The notes beneath the pieces were generated by a model. The model was not told the DNA's origin, did not search any database, and was given only the letters and a program-made list of their open reading frames with translations. A stretch of DNA of 64,000 nt from Candidatus Fimihabitans intestinipullorum (GTDB lineage Bacteria; Bacillota_I; Bacilli_A; RF39; UBA660). Positions 9,794 to 17,509 of this stretch are shown here, one piece after another. Within the stretch, counting starts at the first letter, position 1. The number at the start of each line of letters is the position of its first letter. Location of the stretch: the NCBI GenBank assembly GCA_018714965.1, contig DVML01000007.1, forward strand, positions 74,610 to 138,609, read 5' to 3'. The translations under genes and the position numbers were made by a program.

Positions 9794-10894
9794 ATGATAA
9801 AACCAGAACCGTTAAAAAGAGGAGATAAAATAGCAATAGTTAGTTTATCAAGAGGATTATTAGGAATGCCATTTTGTAAACACGAATTGGAAATCGGTAT
9901 AAAAAGATTAAAGGAGTTTGGATTAGAACCTGTTATAATGCCTAATGCTCTAAAGGATTTAAAACACATAGAAGAACACCCTGAAGAAAGAGCATCAGAT
10001 TTAAAACAAGCATTTATGGATTCATCAATTAAAGCAATCATAACGGCAATTGGTGGTGATGACACTTATAAATTGATTCCTTATCTAATGGAAGATAAAG
10101 AATTTAAAGAAGCTGTTATAAATCATCCTAAAATATTTACTGGATTTTCTGATACTACTAATAATCACTTAATGCTAAACAAATTAGGATTGTCAACATT
10201 TTATGGACCTTGTCTATTAGTTGATTTAGCAGAATTAGATAATGAAATGTTACCTTACACACAAGAATATTTCGAAAAGTTTTTTAAAAATGAAGATAGT
10301 TTTCAAATAACATCGAGTCCTATATGGTATAGTGACCGTGAAAGTTATGATGTGAGTGAATTAGGAAAGCCAAGAATAGCTCACAAAGAAACTCATGGGT
10401 TTGAAACATTAAACGGTACGGGTATAGTTACAGGAAAATTATATGGAGGTTGTATAGAAAGTATATATGATGCTTTAACTGGAGATAGATATGGAGATGA
10501 ATCTTTTGTTTATGAAAAATATCAAATACTTCCAACCAATGAAGAATGGAAAAAAAAGATATTATTTTTAGAAACTTCAGAGGAACGTTCTACTCCAGAA
10601 AAGTTAGAAACTATGTTGATGGAATTAAAAAATAGGGGTATTTTGAATTTAGTTAAAGGTATAATTGTTGGAAAACCTATTGATGAAGTATATTATGATG
10701 AATATAAAGAAGTCTATAAAAAAATATTCGCAGATTTGAAAACACCTGTTATGTATAATGTTAACTTCGGTCATTCTGTACCTAGATGTATATTACCATA
10801 TGATGCTGAAACTATCATTGATTATGACAATAAGAAAATAATAGTTAATGAACCTATTTTTAATTGTTCGATTCAAGAAAAAATACAAAGATAA
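9794..10894 (+). CDS. S66 family LD-carboxypeptidase / MccF-like serine peptidase
   Basis: GDKIAIVSLS N-terminus, nucleophile motif GFSDTT, C-terminal FGHS; 366 aa is closer to MccF-type than to LdcA-type proteins. Confidence 0.7.
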   Translation: MIKPEPLKRGDKIAIVSLSRGLLGMPFCKHELEIGIKRLKEFGLEPVIMPNALKDLKHIEEHPEERASDLKQAFMDSSIKAIITAIGGDDTYKLIPYLMEDKEFKEAVINHPKIFTGFSDTTNNHLMLNKLGLSTFYGPCLLVDLAELDNEMLPYTQEYFEKFFKNEDSFQITSSPIWYSDRESYDVSELGKPRIAHKETHGFETLNGTGIVTGKLYGGCIESIYDALTGDRYGDESFVYEKYQILPTNEEWKKKILFLETSEERSTPEKLETMLMELKNRGILNLVKGIIVGKPIDEVYYDEYKEVYKKIFADLKTPVMYNVNFGHSVPRCILPYDAETIIDYDNKKIIVNEPIFNCSIQEKIQR

Positions 10895-11051
10895 TTTTTC
10901 ATTGGTATAAATAAGTATGAAAGAAAATCTATTTTATAAATACAAAAAACGTGGTGTATTAGTATTAGCAATGGAAGATTATATGTATTCTTTCGTTATT
11001 AGAAAAAAGTTGTAGATATCTACGCCATCCACTCCATTAAGACAAAAAAGG

Positions 11052-11078
11052 ACTTAGTTTTTACTAAGTTTTTTTTTC
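11052..11078 (+). terminator. Rho-independent terminator about 160 nt downstream of the S66 peptidase gene
   Basis: ACTTAGT-tttt-ACTAAGT hairpin plus T-run. Confidence 0.6.
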
Positions 11079-11174
11079 ATCATTTCGCGTAGTCATCTTA
11101 GGAAGAATCACTCCAAAGAATATAATTGAGTTTATTTTAAAAATCATTTATAATAAGATTAGGACGGTGAAACT

Positions 11175-11615
11175 ATGATAGAAATTAACAACCGCAAAGC
11201 AAAATTTGATTATGAAATAGTAGATACGATAGAAGCAGGAATCGCATTAAAAGGAACAGAAATAAAATCAATCCGAAATGGAAATGCGAATTTGAAAGAT
11301 AGTTATGCGATCGTTCGAAATGGAGAAGTATTTCTTTTAAATATGTTTGTAAGTGAATATAAAGAGGGAAATCAATTTAATCACGATGAAACAAGAACGA
11401 GAAAGTTATTACTACATAAAAAGGAAATCTTAAAATTACATGATAAAATTCGCTTAGAAGGATTTACTTTAGTACCTTTGAAATTATACTTTAAAGAAAA
11501 TCATGCGAAAATTTTACTCGGTATTGCGAGAGGAAAGAAGCAATACGATAAAAGAGAAAGTATTAAAAAGCGTGATTCTATGCGTGAAGCACGTGCAGCT
11601 ATGAAGAGAAACTAA
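11175..11615 (+). CDS. smpB: SsrA-binding protein SmpB
   Basis: [10 protein letters not shown]...[14 protein letters not shown] and basic C-terminal tail. Confidence 0.95.
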   Translation: MIEINNRKAKFDYEIVDTIEAGIALKGTEIKSIRNGNANLKDSYAIVRNGEVFLLNMFVSEYKEGNQFNHDETRTRKLLLHKKEILKLHDKIRLEGFTLVPLKLYFKENHAKILLGIARGKKQYDKRESIKKRDSMREARAAMKRN

Positions 11616-11635
11616 GTAAAATCTAGGAGGTATGT

Positions 11636-13798
11636 ATGACGAATTTGGAACAAAAAATGATAATAGCTTTATTATGTGTGAATGAGGCAGTACCTGTGCA
11701 ATATTTTGAACGGATGATGACGAAAGAGGAAGTAGACACAACGATTCATGCACTCATGGAGAAAAAAATTATCCACAGATCTCATCATGGCAATGGAAAA
11801 TATCAACTGACTGCGAATGCTTCCATCGAAGGGAATGTCGTCGCGTTAGATGAAAACTATGTGATTGTTGCACCATCTGGAGATCACAATATTTTTGTTC
11901 CAAGATCCCCTTATGAGCATATTAGAATCGGAGATACCGTACTTGTAAATGCGATTTATCACTTTGATGGAAAATGTTTAGGAAAGATTCAAAAAAGAGT
12001 GATTCATCATAAAAAAAATTTAGTTGGAATTCCAATTCAAATAGAAAACGATTATTATGTCAATTACAAAGGAACTTTGTATAAGATTAATATGACACGG
12101 AAAAAGGATGATATTTTAAAGAAAGTCATTCGTTATAAACTAGTAAAAAAGAAAAGATATCAATCAACTTATGCAGAGCTGATTAAAGTGATTGGATCTC
12201 CGACGGACAAGGGAATTCAAAATAGTATCGTGTTAAATAGACTCGGAATTCACGATCACTTTCCAAAGGCAGTTCAACTAGAGGTTAAGTCTTTTCCAGA
12301 TAAAGTGACAAAGAGAGATTTGTTTGGCCGAGTCGATTGCAGAGATCATTTGGTAGTGACGATCGATGATGCGGATACAAAGGATATGGATGATGCAATT
12401 GAGGTAACGAAAACCGAGGATGGATATCGATTGATCGTACATATTGCTGATGTTGCACATTATGTGAAATATGGTTCTAAGTTATGGAAAGAAGTTTTTT
12501 ATAGGGGAACAAGTATCTACTGTTCGGATCGAGTAGAACCTATGTTGCCGGAAGAATTATCCAACCACTTGTGTTCGCTGAAAGAAGGCGTTGATCGTCT
12601 TGCGATGTCTTGTGAACTATGGTTTGATAAAAAAGGAAACGTAGTAAAAAGAGATATTTACGAAAGTGTAATTCGTTCCGAAAAAAAGATGAGTTACCAA
12701 GCTGTGAATCAAGTATTTCAAGGTAACATACCGGATGATTATCTTCCATTTGTTTCAAATTTATCAGTGATGAAGGAATTATCAGATTTGATTCGTGGGA
12801 AGATGTTGAGAGAAGGATATTTAAACTTTAACATTCCTGAGACGAGAATCACAGCAGGGAAAGAAGTGGAACCTAATATTCGTTTGCGAACTCGTTCGAT
12901 TGCCGAAGACATGATAGAAAACTTTATGATCATTGCAAATGAAGAGGTTGCGAAATACTTTGTAGAGAAGAATGCCTTAGCTATCTATCGAATTTTAGAA
13001 CGCCCAAAGATGCAAAAAGTATTAAAAATTTTAAGAGAGTTAGAACTTTCTGGCTATCGTATGAATTTAGAGGTGCCGGAAAATATAACTCCTCATTTCA
13101 TACAATCGCTTTTAAATGATATTCATACAACTAAGGATAAAATTGTTCAAGAAACGCTTGTCCATGTCATGAATCGGGCGGAGTATTCCCTGGAGGAAAT
13201 GATGCATTTTGGTATCGGTTCGATCTATACGCATTTTACATCTCCGATTCGAAGAATCAATGATTTATGTATTCATATGCTATTAAAACAGCACATTAAG
13301 CAATGGGAATTCTCAGAGTATGATGACGAAGAATTAAGAGAGATTCTTTTAAACGTGGCAACGCAAGCGACAAAGACGGAAAGGATTGCTAATGTTGTAG
13401 AACAAACGGATAAAAAGTTATGCGAGGTAGAATATATGTTGCATCATAAAGAGGAAGAGTTTAATGCACAGATTATCAATATGAATGGGCATCGAATGAT
13501 CGTGCAGTTAGAAGATAGTTTGATCGAAGGGAATGTGTTCTATAAAGATGTAAACCAAGAATGGAAGTATTTTGATCAAAAGAAAACATTAGTGAGAAAA
13601 GATGGAACAGAATTAAAAGTAGGTGACTATATCAGAGTAGTATTATCTCCTGACTGTTATGGATTATCTACCGTTGATTTAGCAATGCATCCGATAAACG
13701 GGAATATCAAACTTTTAAATTTTTCGATTATTGGTGTTGGAAAAATGGAAAAAGAAACCAAGAAATTTCTGTGTAAGAAAAATTGCCAAAATGCATAA
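11636..13798 (+). CDS. RNase II/RNase R family exoribonuclease (second paralog)
   Basis: RNB motifs TIDDADTKDMDDAI and HFTSPIRRINDL; overall architecture parallels rnr at 7519-9630. Confidence 0.8.
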   Translation: MTNLEQKMIIALLCVNEAVPVQYFERMMTKEEVDTTIHALMEKKIIHRSHHGNGKYQLTANASIEGNVVALDENYVIVAPSGDHNIFVPRSPYEHIRIGDTVLVNAIYHFDGKCLGKIQKRVIHHKKNLVGIPIQIENDYYVNYKGTLYKINMTRKKDDILKKVIRYKLVKKKRYQSTYAELIKVIGSPTDKGIQNSIVLNRLGIHDHFPKAVQLEVKSFPDKVTKRDLFGRVDCRDHLVVTIDDADTKDMDDAIEVTKTEDGYRLIVHIADVAHYVKYGSKLWKEVFYRGTSIYCSDRVEPMLPEELSNHLCSLKEGVDRLAMSCELWFDKKGNVVKRDIYESVIRSEKKMSYQAVNQVFQGNIPDDYLPFVSNLSVMKELSDLIRGKMLREGYLNFNIPETRITAGKEVEPNIRLRTRSIAEDMIENFMIIANEEVAKYFVEKNALAIYRILERPKMQKVLKILRELELSGYRMNLEVPENITPHFIQSLLNDIHTTKDKIVQETLVHVMNRAEYSLEEMMHFGIGSIYTHFTSPIRRINDLCIHMLLKQHIKQWEFSEYDDEELREILLNVATQATKTERIANVVEQTDKKLCEVEYMLHHKEEEFNAQIINMNGHRMIVQLEDSLIEGNVFYKDVNQEWKYFDQKKTLVRKDGTELKVGDYIRVVLSPDCYGLSTVDLAMHPINGNIKLLNFSIIGVGKMEKETKKFLCKKNCQNA

Positions 13799-13822
13799 AC
13801 TATGGTATAATCTAGCTTACAC

Positions 13823-14207
13823 GGGGATGTCTAGGTTTCGACGGGATTACTAGGTCTTTTGTGGCAAGTCGGAGGTACACGTTACGTACAAACAGAAAAA
13901 TAACTGGAAAAAATTTAAAAAATGTATTAGCTAACATGTTCTCTACAAAGAGTGCTGTAGCTTTCGCCTAATTTAAGGAAAGGCATACGCTTCTATTTAT
14001 TCTTTGCCTACGAGAGTATATAGGGGTTCATCAAAGTAGGATATAGCAATTTTTCGTCTAAGAAAATTGTGGAACTTTATTAGACTTACGAAAAGATAAG
14101 TTGTTGATTCCTCACATCTTTTCGGACAATGAATGAATCAACTAAACTTGTAGAAGCAGAAGGGATGGTAGTTTCGGACATCGGTTCGAGTCCGATCATC
14201 TCCACCA
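13823..14207 (+). ncRNA. ssrA: tmRNA (SsrA)
   Basis: 5' GGGGAUG pairs with 3' CAUCUCC-ACCA including G3-U; T-arm GGTTCGAGTCC. Tag frame GGA 13906 to TAA 13971 behind AUAACU encodes (A)GKNLKNVLANMFSTKSAVAFA. TGgTATAAT extended -10 at 13803-13811. Confidence 0.9.
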
Positions 14208-14218
14208 ATTTGAAAATC

Positions 14219-14247
14219 ACTTGAGCTAGACATAGTTCAAGTTTTTA
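14219..14247 (+). terminator. Rho-independent terminator after ssrA
   Basis: ACTTGAGCT-loop-AGTTCAAGT hairpin (one G-U pair) plus TTTT. Confidence 0.65.
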
Positions 14248-14356
14248 TGTGCTTTTCAGTGTCTGAAAAACTACTGAAAGAATAAAAAAGCGTTTATATT
14301 TTAGATAAATAGTTAAAAGTGATTGAATCAAAAAAGTGTTTTTTTGAAAAGTTGTG

Positions 14357-14365
14357 TGTTATAAT
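14357..14365 (+). promoter_or_regulatory. Extended -10 promoter element for the retron transcript
   Basis: TGtTATAAT located 5-6 nt upstream of the a1 repeat. Confidence 0.45.
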
Positions 14366-14370
14366 GATTT

Positions 14371-14528
14371 TGCAGTAGTGATTGGAATTATTTCCTACTT
14401 TAACGAGTCGTTAAGGGACTAGATTGATGATAACGATAAAATTGTAATATTCCAAAGGACTAACCTACACGGTGTGTAGGCGCTTCGCTTTAAGTCCATT
14501 TCCATATTACAATATCGCTAGTACTGCA
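14371..14528 (+). ncRNA. Candidate retron msr/msd non-coding RNA
   Basis: Non-coding stretch directly upstream of the RT. Flanking inverted repeats TGCAGTAGTGAT / ATCGCtagTACTGCA, two short hairpins, then a long imperfect hairpin 14441-14513. Confidence 0.6.
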
Positions 14529-14547
14529 CACAGGGGAGGTAGCAAAA

Positions 14548-15504
14548 ATGTGGAAATACATTGGCACGAAAGAATGCAATGATTTTTTGCTATCTCTTCA
14601 TTTAATTGATTGTTTGGATCAGAGAAAATACATAAAAACTATATACTCTATTAGTAATAATATTGAAAAAAATTATAAAATTTATAAAATAAAAAAGAGT
14701 AATGGTGGGTATAGAACTATATATGAGCCCAATCCTCTTTTGAAACAAATTCAAAAACGTATTTTAACTAGTATACTCAATCATAAAGCGATATCAAGAT
14801 ACGCAAAAGCGTATCATAAAGGAACTCAATTAAAGGATAATGCATTTCCTCATGTTAACAAAAATATGATGTTGAAGTTAGATATTAAAAATTTTTTTGA
14901 GACGATCACATTTTTAGATATTTATAATTCTTGTTTTTCAATAGAATATTTTCCTAAGTCAGTTGGGATGATTCTAACTTACTTATGTACGTATGATAAT
15001 CACTTGACGCAAGGATCTCCCACATCTCCTTACATATCAAATTTAGTGATGCAAGAGTTTGATGAAGAATTAGGTAGTTGGTGTGATTTAATGGGAATAT
15101 CATATACAAGATATTCAGATGATATGACTTTTTCTGGACAATTTAATCCCAGAAAAATAATATCTAAAGTTAGAAAAATGTTGTATCGTTTGGGAATGGA
15201 ATTAAATGATAGTAAGACACACGTTGTGTACAAATCATCCAGCCAAAAAGTTACTGGTGTTGTAGTGAATGAAAAAATGCAAGTGAGCAAAAGGTACCGT
15301 AATAAAATACGACAAGAAATATATTATATTAAAAAGTTTGGATTGAATTCTCATTTGAAAAAATGTAATATTGATATTAATTCAATAACATATGTAAATA
15401 TATTGTACGGGAAAATTCTTTACGTTTTACAAATTAACGAAACTGATAAGGAATTTATAAAATACAAACAATTTATCAAAGATTTAAAAGGCAATATAGG
15501 TTAG
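14548..15504 (+). CDS. Retron-type reverse transcriptase
   Basis: 318 aa; motifs YRTIYEPNPLLKQIQKRI, NAFPH (NAxxH), LTQGSPTSPYISN, YSDD, VTGVVVN; GGGGAGG RBS. Confidence 0.85.
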   Translation: MWKYIGTKECNDFLLSLHLIDCLDQRKYIKTIYSISNNIEKNYKIYKIKKSNGGYRTIYEPNPLLKQIQKRILTSILNHKAISRYAKAYHKGTQLKDNAFPHVNKNMMLKLDIKNFFETITFLDIYNSCFSIEYFPKSVGMILTYLCTYDNHLTQGSPTSPYISNLVMQEFDEELGSWCDLMGISYTRYSDDMTFSGQFNPRKIISKVRKMLYRLGMELNDSKTHVVYKSSSQKVTGVVVNEKMQVSKRYRNKIRQEIYYIKKFGLNSHLKKCNIDINSITYVNILYGKILYVLQINETDKEFIKYKQFIKDLKGNIG

Positions 15505-15516
15505 AATTGCCTTTTT
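15487..15516 (+). terminator. Hairpin overlapping the RT stop codon (weak or partial terminator)
   Basis: AAAGGCAAT-loop-ATTGCCTTT 9-bp stem followed by only a short T tract. Confidence 0.4.
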
Positions 15517-15596
15517 AGATACAAAAATTACAGACATTTGCACAATATTCTTTTTTGTAGTAGTATATATAACAATTGAAAAAGGAATAAGTTTAT

Positions 15597-16274
15597 ATGG
15601 CGACAAAACTAGAGAAAATGAAATGGAAATTACATAGAAAAAAATATGATATACTGTTTAATTATGGAGTGAAGCATGGCCTAATTAAGTCTTATGATGA
15701 TAAGTTGATAGAAAGTTTAAGACATGTTTATTACGGAGGAATTTCAGCATCTATATTATTACTACATGAAGGGTTAAGTAATGGGAATTGTTATGATAGA
15801 GGAAGCTTGATCACTTTAGGTTTTAGTGATGATGATTTTCAAGTGGTGGATGCAGATATTGATAGTTTAAGATTGAATCCTAAATATATTGATGAATATA
15901 AAGAAAGTGATGAAGGTTTTATAAACCATTGTTTTGCAGAAAGAACGTTGAAAGATGGTACGACGTGGGTATATGATACCTCGATAGGATTAGTGTTTGC
16001 AAAAGATTTATACTATAAATTGGAAAACCCTAAAATTACAAAGATTAACAACAAAAGGGCGACATTAGAATTTTTATCTTATGAGTTGGGGCATAATGTA
16101 GATTTAAATAACGACAAATATGCTTTACCTATGATATTACCATATATCGAAAAACGATTAGAACCAACACAGCAATTTTATTTAGAACAATTAAAACAAG
16201 AAATAGAGCTACTAAAAAAAGAGGTTCAGTATGATCAAGTTTGCAAAAAAGTACATGCTGGTATAAAACTATAG
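15597..16274 (+). CDS. Hypothetical protein in the retron effector position; possible transglutaminase/papain-like Cys-His-Asp fold
   Basis: 225 aa with no TM helix and no NTPase motif; GNC65YDRG ... NH111CFAE ... WVYD127TS has spacing typical of transglutaminase-like cysteine peptidases. Confidence 0.5.
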   Translation: MATKLEKMKWKLHRKKYDILFNYGVKHGLIKSYDDKLIESLRHVYYGGISASILLLHEGLSNGNCYDRGSLITLGFSDDDFQVVDADIDSLRLNPKYIDEYKESDEGFINHCFAERTLKDGTTWVYDTSIGLVFAKDLYYKLENPKITKINNKRATLEFLSYELGHNVDLNNDKYALPMILPYIEKRLEPTQQFYLEQLKQEIELLKKEVQYDQVCKKVHAGIKL

Positions 16275-16352
16275 AATCTAAGTTAATGGATAAAGGAGCA
16301 GCGAATGTTTCATTCAAAAATGTTAGCTAAAGGATTTGAAGTCTTGATTATA

Positions 16353-16381
16353 TTGACTATTGATTAGATACTAACTATAAT
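16353..16381 (+). promoter_or_regulatory. Sigma-A type promoter for the NDK-fusion gene
   Basis: TTGACT, 17-nt spacer, TATAAT, about 20 nt upstream of the RBS. Confidence 0.5.
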
Positions 16382-16403
16382 AAAAAAACGAAAGGAAGAT
16401 GCT

Positions 16404-17405
16404 ATGAAAGAACGAACTTATGCGATGTTGAAACCAGATGGAGTAAAAAAAGGGTTGTTGAAGGAAGTTATTAGAAGGTTTGAGAAAGTGGGATTAACCG
16501 TATCCCATATCAAGGAAATGGAATTAGATGCTGGAATTGTAAAGCAACACTACGCTCACTTAGTAGACAAACCATTTTATCCGACGTTAGAAGCATTCAT
16601 GTTGTCAGGGCCAGTTGTTGCGATGATCGTAGAAGGAGAATCTGCTGTAAGTAAGGTAAGAGAATTGATGGGAGCAACGGATAGCAAGGATGCTTTACCA
16701 GGAACGATTCGTGGTGATTATGGAGATAAGACGTGTTGTACTTATAATATTATTCATGGATCTGATTCTTTAGAAAATGCAGAAATTGAAATCGATCGTT
16801 TTTATCCAGAATTACAACTAAAACCATATGGTGCGGAAGAATTGAAAGTGATTTTAAATGCTGTGCGATTAGTTAAAAGATTTCATATTACAGAAAATGG
16901 TGAAATTCATTCCGCAATGGCAGAAGAATATTTGAAGTGGTTGAATCAATATGCAGTTTATTGTTCGGAAGATAAACAAGAAGCATGGAAGAAGGATACG
17001 CATGATATCGTATATCGCCCAAAAGTGATAAAACCAATCTGTGAAAGAGATATGAAAGCACAACAAATAATTGCTAATGATGATTATGGAATTATTGATG
17101 ATCTATATAATTTTATGGATGCAGGAGAAATTATGAAGACTTATCATGAGACAGAGTCATGGCAAAAAGTTTATGAGGTGTTGAAAGGTCAAGGACATAG
17201 TGGATATACGTTTAGTGGTGTTGCAAGCATCATATTGGAGTATGCTTCGTTTGGAGTAGATTTTATCGATCGATACTGTCCTGAGAGAATCAATTATGAT
17301 GAAGAATTTAAAAAAGTATATATGGGTAGGAAGAAGCGGAATGAACATGTAGAATCATCTGGTTTGGAACCATCTTATGAGCTTATGCTTCGACCTAAAA
17401 AATAG
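16404..17405 (+). CDS. ndk: Nucleoside diphosphate kinase domain fused to a roughly 190-aa C-terminal domain of unknown function
   Basis: N-terminal ~135 aa is canonical NDK (YAMLKPDGV, catalytic NIIHGSDS); the rest matches nothing I recognise. Confidence 0.8.
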   Translation: MKERTYAMLKPDGVKKGLLKEVIRRFEKVGLTVSHIKEMELDAGIVKQHYAHLVDKPFYPTLEAFMLSGPVVAMIVEGESAVSKVRELMGATDSKDALPGTIRGDYGDKTCCTYNIIHGSDSLENAEIEIDRFYPELQLKPYGAEELKVILNAVRLVKRFHITENGEIHSAMAEEYLKWLNQYAVYCSEDKQEAWKKDTHDIVYRPKVIKPICERDMKAQQIIANDDYGIIDDLYNFMDAGEIMKTYHETESWQKVYEVLKGQGHSGYTFSGVASIILEYASFGVDFIDRYCPERINYDEEFKKVYMGRKKRNEHVESSGLEPSYELMLRPKK

Positions 17406-17509
17406 TAAAGAGAGATCTTTAGTGGAGCGCTTTTGTAAATTGAAATAGATAAAAGAACAAGCCAAATATAATAGTGGATATTACAATGGCGTTTTTCTTG
17501 GAGGAACCA

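Noticed and set aside
9724-10065. 113-aa minus-strand ORF overlapping the S66 peptidase start
   Set aside because: It is antisense to a gene with clear family motifs, and it would read into the rnr terminator region.
10917-11015. 32-codon ORF (MKENLFYKYKKRGVLVLAMEDYMYSFVIRKKL) in the non-coding tail after the S66 peptidase gene
   Set aside because: No Shine-Dalgarno sequence and no recognisable family. It may be a remnant of a degraded gene, but that cannot be supported from the sequence alone.
16305-16367. 20-codon mini-ORF (MFHSKMLAKGFEVLIILTID) with an AAAGGAG RBS between the 225-aa gene and the NDK fusion
   Set aside because: It is too short to evaluate and overlaps the predicted -35 box of the ndk promoter. 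I kept it only as a note; it could be a leader peptide or a small toxin, but there is no evidence.
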